A program made the translations under genes and the position numbers. A DNA stretch of 64,000 nt, from the NCBI GenBank assembly GCA_965277805.1, contig OZ255842.1, positions 1,664,001-1,728,000 of the forward strand. Reading direction: 5' to 3'. This document shows positions 37,240-46,914 of the stretch, one piece after another (the stretch's first letter is position 1; each line of letters opens with the position of its first letter). The notes beneath the pieces are model-generated. The model was not told where the DNA came from, did no database searches, and saw only the letters and a list, made by a program, of their open reading frames with translations. This DNA comes from Candidatus Lustribacter sp. (GTDB taxonomy: Bacteria; Vulcanimicrobiota; Vulcanimicrobiia; Vulcanimicrobiales; Vulcanimicrobiaceae).

Positions 37240-38196
37240 ATGAACCGGATCGATTTCACCCGTGCGCTTGCCGCCGGCGCGCTCAGCGCGGCAGCTGGTC
37301 CCGTGGCCGCGCAGAACGCGGCGCCCACGTCGATCCGCCTCGGCACGAACGCCAACGACGACATCACGCCGCTCTTATGGGCGCAGACCAGCGGAATGTT
37401 CTCGCGCGCCGGCCTGAAGGTCGATATTCAGAAATTCAACTCCGGTTCGATCGCGATCGCCGCGGTGATCGGCGGCTCGCTCGACATCGCGCGCGTGAGT
37501 CTCTTGCCGCTGATCAGCGCCCGCAGCCGCGGCATCTCGCTGCAGATCGTCGCGCCCGGCGAGATGTCGCTCTCGAGCGATCCGACCGAAGCGATCATCA
37601 CCCTAAAAGACGCGCCCTATGCATCCGGAAAGGATCTCAACGGCACGACGATGCCCGTTCCCGCGCTGCACGATTTCGATGAAGTCGTCACGCGCGCGTG
37701 GATCGATCACACAGGCGGCGATTCCAAGACCGTGAAGTTCATCGAGCTGCCGTCGTCGGCGGTTTTGCCCGCGCTTCAGCAAGGACGCATTTCCGCCGCA
37801 TTCATCACCAATCCGTATCTCACGAGCGCCATGCAGTCCGGCAAAGTGAAAAATATGGGTTCACCCAATGAGGCGATTGCCAAGCGCTTTCTGGTCACGT
37901 GCTTCTGCGCAAACGAAAGCTTCATCGACAAGAATCGCGACGCCATCCGCAAATTTGCCGACACGTTTCAGCGTTCCGCCACCTATACGAACGCCCACCA
38001 TGCCGAGACGCTGGCGATCTTCGCGCCGTTCTGGGGCGTGGATCCGGCATTGCTCAGCAACATGGTTACGACCAACACGGCCACCTCGCTGATCCCGAAA
38101 GAGATCCAGCCCTTGATCGATGCCGCTTTCCGTTACGGCGTGATCAAAACACCGATCGCGGCGAAGTCGCTGATCGCTCCGAGCGTGTCCTCCTAG
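37240..38196 (+). CDS. SsuA/THI5-like ABC substrate-binding protein
   Basis: Tat-like leader, FSRAGLKV, KDLNG, WIDHTGGDSKTVKFIELP. Confidence 0.88.
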   Translation: MNRIDFTRALAAGALSAAAGPVAAQNAAPTSIRLGTNANDDITPLLWAQTSGMFSRAGLKVDIQKFNSGSIAIAAVIGGSLDIARVSLLPLISARSRGISLQIVAPGEMSLSSDPTEAIITLKDAPYASGKDLNGTTMPVPALHDFDEVVTRAWIDHTGGDSKTVKFIELPSSAVLPALQQGRISAAFITNPYLTSAMQSGKVKNMGSPNEAIAKRFLVTCFCANESFIDKNRDAIRKFADTFQRSATYTNAHHAETLAIFAPFWGVDPALLSNMVTTNTATSLIPKEIQPLIDAAFRYGVIKTPIAAKSLIAPSVSS

Positions 38197-38558
38197 GCCT
38201 TCGCCATCGCGTTTGCGATGGCGGTAAGTAATCGCTCGGAGTCGACCGGCTTGTTGAGATACGCCTCGACGCCCAGGGCCAGCGCACCGCTGACGAACGA
38301 CTGATCGGACGTCGCCGAACAAACGATGATCTTGGCCTTGTGATCGATGCGCTTCAGCGCTTGAATCGCAACGATGCCGTTGTGACCGTCCATGAGCAAA
38401 TCCATGGTCACCACGTCGGGCCACTCCTCGCGGTAAACGCGGATTGCGTCCGCCGTCGAGCCGGCCTCAACGATATGGTAGCCGCGTTCCTCGAGCGTCC
38501 GTCTTAGGGTCGTTCGGGCAAGCGGCGTATCGTCAACGATCAGAACCAGCGGTCTCAT
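38193..38558 (-). CDS. Single-domain CheY-like response regulator
   Basis: LIVDD, PDVVTMD, NG, CSA, KP. Confidence 0.9.
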   Translation of the reverse strand: MRPLVLIVDDTPLARTTLRRTLEERGYHIVEAGSTADAIRVYREEWPDVVTMDLLMDGHNGIVAIQALKRIDHKAKIIVCSATSDQSFVSGALALGVEAYLNKPVDSERLLTAIANAMAKA

Positions 38559-38649
38559 CTACCATCCACACCTCACAGGATTCCTTGCACGGCGCCGGGG
38601 CCGTAACCTCGCGCGAGGATGCCGTCCGGCGCCGTACAAAGGGTCCCGG

Positions 38650-40425
38650 ATGACGATCAAACGGCGCGATGTCTTACTTCGAGGCGGTGGCCTCACCGCA
38701 GCCGCGCTGACCGGCGCGCAACTCGCAGCTCCGCCCGCAGCCGACGCACAGCCGGGACTCCCGCTGACGTGGCAGCATACGGCGGACGTCGTCGTGATCG
38801 GTTCCGGCGCATCGGGCACGCCGGCGGCGATCGCCGCGCGCGAAGCGGGCAATTCCGTGATCGTGATCGAGACCGAGAATCACCTCGGCGGTCACGGCAT
38901 CTGCAGCGGCGGAAACGTACCGCTCGGCGGTGGCACGAGTCTGCAAAAGAAATACGGCATCGTCGATTCACCCGAACTGCTCTATCGCGACCTTACCGAC
39001 TGGTCGGTGGTCGAGTCCAACGGTTTTCCCGACTACCGTTACAACGATCACGAAATCATCCGTGCCTTCGCCGACAATGCGGCGGCAACGTTCGAGTGGC
39101 TGATCGCGCACGGCGTCGTGTTCGTCGACAAAGCACCGGATACGCTCGGCGGTGAGGCGGTCGGCAATTCCGTACCTCGCGAAGCGCATGCGGCGGTGAT
39201 GAACTGGCCGACGGTGCAAACCGGCGCGCCGCTCGATCCGAGCATCCAGACGACGACCTCGTCGGGGAACGGCTTGCTGCGCCCGCTGCTCGCATCCGCC
39301 CAGAAGCTGGGTGTGCAGTACTTGATGCAGCACCGGTTCATGGCGTTGCACCGCGAAACCCCGCACGCCGGCCGTATCCTCGGCGTGGCGGCGACGCACG
39401 ACGGCAAGAGCATCAACGTGCGCGCGCTCAAGGCCGTGGTGCTCGCGACCGGCGGCGCAACCTCGAATATCAATTGGCGGCGCATGTTCGATCCGCGCTT
39501 GACTGAAGAATATTGTGGCGTGGCCGGCACCCCGTACTCGTATCAAGATGCCAGCGGCGAGATCGCCGGCCTGGCTGTGGGCGCGTCATTATGGGGAATG
39601 TTCAATCAGACCGGCGAGTTCGGTGACGGCATTACGAAGCCCGGATCGATCGGCAGCCAATTCGGCTACGTGAACTTACGCTGGATGCCCGGCAGTCCGG
39701 TATTCGACAGGGCGCACGCGACCGGGTTGCATGTGAGCGACTGGCAAGACGTGATCCTCGTGAACATGCTCGGCAAGCGCTTTTACGACGAGACGGCGCC
39801 GCAGTTTTCCGCCAACGACTACAAGACCGTCGATCCGTACACGCCGGGCAGCTGGCGGAATGCCAAGAACGAGAAGTACAATCCGCGCAACTTCCTCAAC
39901 GCCGCCATGGCCGGTATCGACGACGGGCACAACGGCGGCGGGCCGATCTGGGCGATCTTCGACGCCGACGCGGTGGCGCGCGAGAAGTGGGATCCGCGTC
40001 CTCCCAACACCGATAACGCCCGCGGCTTCTTCTTCCAAGCCGATACGCTGGCCGATCTGGCGCGCGCGATCAAGATGAAGTACCAGCGCTTGCCGATGTC
40101 GCCCGACGTGCTCGAAGCAACGGTGGCGCGCTTCAACAGCTTCGTCGATAGCGACGTCGACAGCGATTTCGATCGGCCGAAACCCGTCTACAAGATCGCA
40201 AGAGGCCCGTTCTATGCCGCATGGGCCACACCCGTGCTGCACGACACGCGCTCGGGTTTGCGCATCAACGGCAAGTGCCAAGTGCAAGACATGCACGGGA
40301 AGACGATCCCGGGACTGTATTCGTGCGGCGAGACTGCCGGCGGATTCAGCGAACACGGTCTCGCCCGCGCTACCTGCCAGGGCCGCATCGCCGGCTTGAA
40401 TGCGGGCGCCGAACCGCGTGCCTAG
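38650..40425 (+). CDS. Tat-exported FAD-dependent oxidoreductase (fumarate reductase/ketosteroid dehydrogenase-like superfamily)
   Basis: KRRDVL Tat motif, DVVVIGSGASG, VVLATGG, VN.LGKRF, IPGLYSCGE. Confidence 0.88.
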   Translation: MTIKRRDVLLRGGGLTAAALTGAQLAAPPAADAQPGLPLTWQHTADVVVIGSGASGTPAAIAAREAGNSVIVIETENHLGGHGICSGGNVPLGGGTSLQKKYGIVDSPELLYRDLTDWSVVESNGFPDYRYNDHEIIRAFADNAAATFEWLIAHGVVFVDKAPDTLGGEAVGNSVPREAHAAVMNWPTVQTGAPLDPSIQTTTSSGNGLLRPLLASAQKLGVQYLMQHRFMALHRETPHAGRILGVAATHDGKSINVRALKAVVLATGGATSNINWRRMFDPRLTEEYCGVAGTPYSYQDASGEIAGLAVGASLWGMFNQTGEFGDGITKPGSIGSQFGYVNLRWMPGSPVFDRAHATGLHVSDWQDVILVNMLGKRFYDETAPQFSANDYKTVDPYTPGSWRNAKNEKYNPRNFLNAAMAGIDDGHNGGGPIWAIFDADAVAREKWDPRPPNTDNARGFFFQADTLADLARAIKMKYQRLPMSPDVLEATVARFNSFVDSDVDSDFDRPKPVYKIARGPFYAAWATPVLHDTRSGLRINGKCQVQDMHGKTIPGLYSCGETAGGFSEHGLARATCQGRIAGLNAGAEPRA

Positions 40426-41962
40426 TCTGCGGGCGCTGTTCGCCTGCGCCCTCGTCGCGTTCCTCAACGTTGCGGCCGCCAACGCCGCGCCCGCAACGGA
40501 TCCGCTCATCGTGCAAACCGACAAGGGCTCCGTGCACGGAACGCTCAACGGCAACCTGCGCGTCTTCCTCGGGATCCCGTTTGCCGCGCCGCCGGTTGGG
40601 CCGTTGCGCTTTGCCGCGCCGAAACCCGTGCCGGCCTGGAGCGGCGTGCGCGACGCGACGCAGGCCGCGCCCGCCTGTCCGCAAGCCGGACCGCCGGCTC
40701 TGAATATGTCGGAAGATTGCCTCTACCTCAACGTCTGGGCGCCGGCCGGCGCGTCGAAGGCACCGGTCTACGTTTTCATTTACGGCGGCGGCTTCATCGG
40801 CGGGAATGCAGCCAAGTACGATGGTTCGCTGTTGGCGTCGACCAGCAAGATCATCGTCGTCACGTTGAACTACCGCATCGGCATCTTGGGCTTTCTCGCC
40901 AACAGCGCGCTCGCGAACGGCGGCTCGAGCACCGGCAACTACGGCATCGAAGATCAGCAGGCGGCACTGCACTGGGTGCAGCGGAACATCGGAAACTTCG
41001 GCGGCGAACCGCGCAACGTCACGCTCGGTGGCGAATCGGCCGGCGCCGTCAGCACCTGCGCGAACCTCGCGGCGACCCAATCCGCCGGCACGTTCGTGCG
41101 CGCGATCGTCGAGAGCGGGCCGTGCTCCGTTCCGCTGCCCACGGTCTCGAGCACGGAAAACGCACATGCGCCGCTCGTCGCACAGCTCGGCTGCACGGGT
41201 TCGGGGGCGGCAGTTGCGGCGTGTTTGCGCTCGCCGAATCTCACGGTGCAAAAGATTCTGGCCCTGCAGCAAACGCTGCCGCGCGGCGTGTTCTCACCCA
41301 GCATCGAAGGTGACGATATTCCGGTGCAGCCGCGCACCTATCTCGGGCGCATTCCGCTCTTGATGGGCGGCGATTTCCTCGAAGCGGGCTATACCGTGCT
41401 GCCGAAACCGCCCACGACGCCGGCGGCATATTTGGCCGCGCTGCAGAGCGATTACGGCGATCAAGCCGCGGCGATCGCGGCGCAGTATCCGTACGAGAAG
41501 TACCCGAGCGGCGGTATCGCGCTGGCAACGGTCGAGACGTCGTCAGCCCCGCATCCGGCGATCTCGATTTGCGGCAACGTCACGAGTTGGCGTCTCACGC
41601 GCGCGGCCGGCGGCGCGCCGATCTTCGCCTATGAATTCAACGATCCGGGCGGCTACGCGGTCAACGGCGTCACCGGTCCCGTGCACACCGCCGAATTGCC
41701 GTATCTCTTCCCCGGCGGCGACAGCGGCGGCGCGGACAAAACGCTTTCGCCTGCATCGAAGGCGCTATCCGCGACGATGCTCGGCTACTGGACGAACTAC
41801 ATCAAGAACGGCAATCCCAACGGACCGGGCTTACCGGACTGGCCCGTGTACAGCCTGGTCACCGATGTGCAGCAGCTGGTGCCGAACGCGGTCGCACCGG
41901 GAACCGATGTGAACGCTGAACACAAGTGCGCGTTCTGGAACTCGCTCGGCCGCTCGCTCTAG
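40418..41962 (+). CDS. Exported type-B carboxylesterase
   Basis: FLGIPFAAPP, SEDCLYLNVW, GGG, GESAG, HTAEL. Confidence 0.93.
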   Translation: MPSLRALFACALVAFLNVAAANAAPATDPLIVQTDKGSVHGTLNGNLRVFLGIPFAAPPVGPLRFAAPKPVPAWSGVRDATQAAPACPQAGPPALNMSEDCLYLNVWAPAGASKAPVYVFIYGGGFIGGNAAKYDGSLLASTSKIIVVTLNYRIGILGFLANSALANGGSSTGNYGIEDQQAALHWVQRNIGNFGGEPRNVTLGGESAGAVSTCANLAATQSAGTFVRAIVESGPCSVPLPTVSSTENAHAPLVAQLGCTGSGAAVAACLRSPNLTVQKILALQQTLPRGVFSPSIEGDDIPVQPRTYLGRIPLLMGGDFLEAGYTVLPKPPTTPAAYLAALQSDYGDQAAAIAAQYPYEKYPSGGIALATVETSSAPHPAISICGNVTSWRLTRAAGGAPIFAYEFNDPGGYAVNGVTGPVHTAELPYLFPGGDSGGADKTLSPASKALSATMLGYWTNYIKNGNPNGPGLPDWPVYSLVTDVQQLVPNAVAPGTDVNAEHKCAFWNSLGRSL

Positions 41963-43077
41963 TCGCAGCAGTGGGCCATGTGATCCGTTGGTTGCGCGGC
42001 ATCGAGGCGCCATAAATACACGGCTAACGCTCCGAAGATGAGGTTCAGCCAGAACGTGTAGTTGAACGAGAACAGCGTGAGGTCGTGGACGGCGTTCGGA
42101 TTGGGTTTCGGCACCAAGTGCAGCGCCGAGAACGCGCCGTCCATGACGATCGCCGAGAGCACCATCGTTACGAAGAACACGGCGAAGATGTACGCGGCCA
42201 TGCGCACGCCGTAGTAGGTGCGGTAGACGTCGAGTAGCGGCAGCACGATCAAGTCGGCGTAGATGAACGCCAGCACGCCGCCGAACGAGATGCCGCTCGC
42301 CCATAAAATCGCCGCCAGCGGCACGTTGCCGATCGAGCACACGAACGAGAGCATCGCGATCACCGGCCCGATGAGCGCATTCTCCACCAGTTGCGCGCCG
42401 GGCGGGCCGCCGGTGAGGAAGAGCGCGCGCCACGCAGCGTTGGGCACGAAGACACCGATCGCGCCGGCAATCAGGAAGCCGATCAGCAAGTCCTTGCGCA
42501 ACATCGAGAAATCCATCATGGCGTTCTGCGCCACGGCCACGCGGGTTGCCGGATCGCGCAAGCGCTCGAGCAGCGAACCGCCGCTCACTTCAGCCGAACC
42601 GTGATCGTGACCGCCGCCGGGATCGACGCGGGCGCGCGCCTCTTCAACGAGCGCCTTCGGATACGTCAACCGCACGAGCAGCGTCATCACGGCGATCAGG
42701 ACGAGGCCGCCCACCCATTCCGCCGCGGTGAACTGCCAGCCCATCAAGAGCCAGAGGATGATCCCGAGTTCCAGCACGAGGTTCGTCGACGAAAATAAGA
42801 ACGCGAGGCTTGGAACCAGCGCCGCGCCTTTTTTGAACAGCGTTCTGCTCATCGCGGCCGCGGCGTACGAACAGGACGAACTCGCGGCGCCGAAGCCCGT
42901 CGCGAGCGCGATTTCGCGGATGCCGTCGCGGCCGAGGAGCGCCTGCATCCGCTCTTTGGAAACGAGCGTTTGCACGAGGCCGGAGAGCGTGAAGCCGAGG
43001 ACGAGGCTCCACGCGACTTGCCAGATCATGCCCGCAGCCAGCAGCAGCGCCTGACCGAGAAGGGAGACGAACACCAT
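41959..43077 (-). CDS. UPF0718/ArsP-like permease
   Basis: GAASSSCSYAA, STNLV.ELG, SFVCSIGNVP, His-rich loop. Confidence 0.88.
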   Translation of the reverse strand: MVFVSLLGQALLLAAGMIWQVAWSLVLGFTLSGLVQTLVSKERMQALLGRDGIREIALATGFGAASSSCSYAAAAMSRTLFKKGAALVPSLAFLFSSTNLVLELGIILWLLMGWQFTAAEWVGGLVLIAVMTLLVRLTYPKALVEEARARVDPGGGHDHGSAEVSGGSLLERLRDPATRVAVAQNAMMDFSMLRKDLLIGFLIAGAIGVFVPNAAWRALFLTGGPPGAQLVENALIGPVIAMLSFVCSIGNVPLAAILWASGISFGGVLAFIYADLIVLPLLDVYRTYYGVRMAAYIFAVFFVTMVLSAIVMDGAFSALHLVPKPNPNAVHDLTLFSFNYTFWLNLIFGALAVYLWRLDAAQPTDHMAHCCD

Positions 43078-44042
43078 TACGAGGCTCGTCGTTCTCCTTT
43101 GCGCCGGTACATCGCCTGGTCCGCGCGCGCCGTCGCCCCCGCCAGATCGAGCGCCGCTTCGGTGCGCGCGTAGCCGATCGACACCTCGACGCCGGCGACG
43201 CGAAATGCCCCCGCGAGCCGTTCTCCGAGCACCGCGGCCTCCGTGCCGTCCGTTTCGACGGCGAGCAGCGCAAACTCATCGCCGCCGAGGCGGGCCGCCA
43301 CGTCGTGCTCGCGCGTGACGCTGCCGATCGCCTTCGCAGTCGCGATGATGGCGGCATCGCCGGCTTCGTGCCCGCGCTGGTCGTTGATCGTCTTCAAGCC
43401 GTCGATGTCCATGAAGAACACGGCGTGCTTGTGCCCATAGCGCCGGCCACGCGCTTGTTCGTGCGCGATCAGTTGCTCCCAGCCGCGCCGGTTGTAGAGT
43501 CCGGTTAGTTCGTCGACGAGCGCTTCGTTTTCGGCACGCTCGACGCGGCGTTCGAGCGCCTCCGCATGGAGCTGGCCACCAAGAATCGTGCTCAGCGTGC
43601 GCGCCGACGTGACGAGATGCGGCGTTTGCCGCGCGAGGTCTTCCGCTCCGGGCCTGGCGCTCATCCCGCACAGCACGCCGTATACGGCGCCGTTGATGAC
43701 CAGCGGGGCACCGGCATAGGTGCCGATCTGGCGCTGGCGCGCAATCGGGGCGCGTGCGTATGCCAGTACCTTCGAGATGTCGGGCGCGATGTTCGGGCCG
43801 TTACCCTGCAGCAATTCGTTGCAAATCGTCGCCTTGAGCGGCATGACGTCGCCGGCCTTGAAGTCGCCGTTGCCGTAGGAATGCAGCACGATCCACTCTT
43901 CTTCATGGACGCGCGTGACGAGCCACAGATCCAAACGCAAGAGTTGCTGCATCATCCGCAAAACGGCATCGGCCGCTTCGCCGAACGATTCGAACTTCTC
44001 GTACTCTGTCGGGGGGGCGGTCATCCGCTCGCCTGCAGTCAT
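43077..44042 (-). CDS. GAF-GGDEF diguanylate cyclase
   Basis: GAF (YAGAPL..YGVLC), DELTGLYNRR, RxxD I-site, intact GGDEF. Confidence 0.92.
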   Translation of the reverse strand: MTAGERMTAPPTEYEKFESFGEAADAVLRMMQQLLRLDLWLVTRVHEEEWIVLHSYGNGDFKAGDVMPLKATICNELLQGNGPNIAPDISKVLAYARAPIARQRQIGTYAGAPLVINGAVYGVLCGMSARPGAEDLARQTPHLVTSARTLSTILGGQLHAEALERRVERAENEALVDELTGLYNRRGWEQLIAHEQARGRRYGHKHAVFFMDIDGLKTINDQRGHEAGDAAIIATAKAIGSVTREHDVAARLGGDEFALLAVETDGTEAAVLGERLAGAFRVAGVEVSIGYARTEAALDLAGATARADQAMYRRKGERRAS

Positions 44043-44137
44043 GGCTCGCTTGTTCCCCCATTTAAGCAAAATCATACGGTGTCGTTTTCCGGCCTAAGGG
44101 GTATTACCGGAGGGTACTCAACCGACCGGAGATTTAT

Positions 44138-44545
44138 ATGCTCGACGCAGTCCTCGCCGCAATCAGCCTGCCGATCCTCGCCATGACCTCAGGCGCGTGT
44201 GCCGGTCCGACCATTACGAGCGCCGCGGCCTCGCAGGTCGGGACCAACGGCGACCTAACGACCTACGATGTCGCGATCCGGGTGAAGAATGCCGGTTCCG
44301 CCGGCGAACCGTCTTCGTTACTGCAGTCCGTCCAGGTCTTCCAGGATGCAACGAAGGTTGACCAAAAGGGCACGCCGCCGCTCGCCGCCGGTCAATCGGC
44401 GACGGTCCACTACCGTTTCTCGCGTTCATCGGAAGCCGCGGCGCGCTCGACGCATCTGCGTTTCATCCTGACGCTTTCTGACCCGCACGGCACGCCGTTC
44501 ACCGACTGCAGCTCGGGCGACAACGCCTACCGGCTCAACATCTGA
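44138..44545 (+). CDS. Exported CARDB/Ig-like hypothetical protein
   Basis: GGAG RBS, signal peptide, VKNAGS..PPLAAGQSATV..DN pattern. Confidence 0.65.
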   Translation: MLDAVLAAISLPILAMTSGACAGPTITSAAASQVGTNGDLTTYDVAIRVKNAGSAGEPSSLLQSVQVFQDATKVDQKGTPPLAAGQSATVHYRFSRSSEAAARSTHLRFILTLSDPHGTPFTDCSSGDNAYRLNI

Positions 44546-44560
44546 GCCGCGAGCGGGAAC

Positions 44561-44761
44561 TCACTCTTCTTCGCGCACGACCCGCAGCATGCGGAGGTAC
44601 ATTTGCGCGACCACTTCGGCGGCCTTGGCGGGATCTTCCGTTTGCAGGCCGCCGATCGCGGTGAGCGTGCGGTCGGTCAGCGCGATTGCTTGCGAGCGCA
44701 GATCGGACTCGTCTTCGTAGACCTCGACGTCGTGCACGTCGCCGTTGCCGTTACCGTTCAT
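44561..44761 (-). CDS. Small acidic hypothetical protein
   Basis: ATGA overlap with the prolyl oligopeptidase stop; AAGGAG RBS. Confidence 0.7.
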   Translation of the reverse strand: MNGNGNGDVHDVEVYEDESDLRSQAIALTDRTLTAIGGLQTEDPAKAAEVVAQMYLRMLRVVREEE

Positions 44762-46815
44762 ACCGGCGTCTCCTTGACCGGAACGCCCAGCACCTTCACG
44801 AGGAAGGCAAAGCGGTCGGCGGCTTCATCGATGACTTTGCCGGTAGGCTTGCCGGCACCGTGTCCCGCCTTCGTCTCGATGCGGATCAGCACCGGCGCGT
44901 CACCGCCTTGCGCGGCTTGCAGCGCCGCGGCGAACTTGAACGAGTGCGCGGGAAACACGCGGTCGTCGTGATCGGCGGTGACGATCAGCGTCGGCGGGTA
45001 AGCCGTTCCCGGCTTGATGTTGTGCAACGGCGAGTACGCGCGCAAGTACTCGAAGGCCGCCGGATCGTCGGAAGAACCGTAGTCCGATGTCCAGGCCCAG
45101 CCGATCGTGAACTTCTGAAAGCGCAACATATCCATGACGCCGACGAGGGCGACGGCCGCACCGAAAAGATCCGGCCGCTGCGTGATCGAGGCACCGACCA
45201 GCAATCCGCCGTTGCTGCCGCCGATGATCGCGAGCTTGGGCGTGGACGTGTAACCATTGGCGATGAGGAACTCGGCGCCGGCGATGAAGTCGTCGAACAC
45301 GTTTTGCTTGCGCTCTTTCGTGCCGGCCAGGTGCCACTCTTCACCGTACTCGCCGCCGCCGCGCAGGTTGGCGACGGCGAATGCCCCGCCGAGCTCGAGC
45401 CACATGAGCGTCGTCGGTGAGAACGCCGGCGTGAGCGAGATGTTGAATCCGCCATAACCCGTCAGGATGGTCGGCGTGTTGCCGTCACGGGGCATGCCGG
45501 CCTTGCGCGTGATGATCATCGGGATGCGCGTGCCGTCTTTGCTCGTGTAAAACACCTGTTCGCTCTCGAACGCGTTCGAATCGAACGGCACCTTCGGTGC
45601 GAAGACGAGCTTGGATTCGCCCGTGATCAGATCGAGCCGGTACACCGATGACGGCGTCGTGTAGCTGGTGAACGCGTAGAAGGTTTCGGTGTCGGTTTGT
45701 TTTCCGCCGAACCCCGACGCCGTTCCGAGCCCCGGCAACGCAAGATCGCCGATCGGGTCTCCATCCGAAGAAACGCGGCGCACCACCGAGTGCGCGTCGT
45801 GCAAGTACGCGAGGATGAGCTGATCGCCGAAGAGCATCGCGCCTTCGAGTGAATCCGCGTTCTCCGCCACCACTTCGATGAGTTCGGGCGCAAGCACGCT
45901 CATGCGCGCGACGCGCCCGCGCGGCGCATCCTTGGTCGTAAGGAAGAAAAACGTACCGCCGATGTTGCCGGCGTAGCCGTAATTGGCATCGCCCTCGGCC
46001 AGCAACGGCACGATTTCGCTCCCCGGGACCTGCAAGTCACGTACGAACACGCGGTTGTTGGGATCGGTCCCTTGCGATGCGTTCACGACCAGCCAGTTGC
46101 CGTCGTCGGTGACAAATGCGGTTAGGTTCCAATCGGGATGATCGGGCCGCTCGTACACGAGCGTGTCGGCCGACTGGGGCGTGCCGATGCGGTGCAAGTA
46201 GACTTTCTGATCGTAGTTCTCGCCCTTGAATTCGGTCGACTCATCGGGCTCCGCGTAACGGCTGTAGAAAAACCCGCTGCCGTCGTACAGCCATGCAGCG
46301 CCGGAGAATTTGCTCCAGCGGATCTCGTCCTCGAGGTCGGTGCGCGTCGCAACGTCGCGCACGCGCCAGGTGAGCCAATCCGATCCGGACGCCGAGGTGG
46401 CGTAGGCCATGTAACGGCCGTCTTCGCTAAACGACATTCCAGTGAGCGCGATCGTACCGTCGCTCGAGAGCGTGTTCGGGTCGATCAACACCTCGGCCGG
46501 GCCGGTCAGCGTGGGTGCTACGTAAACGACGCCTTGATTCTGCAGCCCGCTGTTCTTCGTGTAGACGTACTGCTTGCCGACGCGCCGCGGCAGCCCGAAC
46601 CGCTCGTAGTCCCACAGTTCGGTCAGTCGCCGATGAATGAACGGCCGCTCGGGAATTGCCGCGAGAAACTGATCCGTCAGCGCGGCTTCCGAAGCGATCC
46701 ATTGCTGGGTCGCCGGAGCCATTCCATCTTCGAGTATCCGGTAGGGATCGGCAACGTCCCGGCCATGGTAGCTATCGACCACATCGCCTTGCGGAGCTAC
46801 GGGATATTTGGACAT
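44758..46815 (-). CDS. Prolyl oligopeptidase (S9A)
   Basis: VADPYR.LE, GYGGF, RGGGEYG, GGSNGG, DHDDRV, AGHG. Confidence 0.96.
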   Translation of the reverse strand: MSKYPVAPQGDVVDSYHGRDVADPYRILEDGMAPATQQWIASEAALTDQFLAAIPERPFIHRRLTELWDYERFGLPRRVGKQYVYTKNSGLQNQGVVYVAPTLTGPAEVLIDPNTLSSDGTIALTGMSFSEDGRYMAYATSASGSDWLTWRVRDVATRTDLEDEIRWSKFSGAAWLYDGSGFFYSRYAEPDESTEFKGENYDQKVYLHRIGTPQSADTLVYERPDHPDWNLTAFVTDDGNWLVVNASQGTDPNNRVFVRDLQVPGSEIVPLLAEGDANYGYAGNIGGTFFFLTTKDAPRGRVARMSVLAPELIEVVAENADSLEGAMLFGDQLILAYLHDAHSVVRRVSSDGDPIGDLALPGLGTASGFGGKQTDTETFYAFTSYTTPSSVYRLDLITGESKLVFAPKVPFDSNAFESEQVFYTSKDGTRIPMIITRKAGMPRDGNTPTILTGYGGFNISLTPAFSPTTLMWLELGGAFAVANLRGGGEYGEEWHLAGTKERKQNVFDDFIAGAEFLIANGYTSTPKLAIIGGSNGGLLVGASITQRPDLFGAAVALVGVMDMLRFQKFTIGWAWTSDYGSSDDPAAFEYLRAYSPLHNIKPGTAYPPTLIVTADHDDRVFPAHSFKFAAALQAAQGGDAPVLIRIETKAGHGAGKPTGKVIDEAADRFAFLVKVLGVPVKETPV

Positions 46816-46914
46816 CAGCCCAGGAGAAGACTCACCCATGAACTTGCTTACTCTTCGCTGTGGCGTTGCGCTCCTGTTCCATCACGACAAGCAGTGCCCA
46901 CGAAAGGCCCGTTT

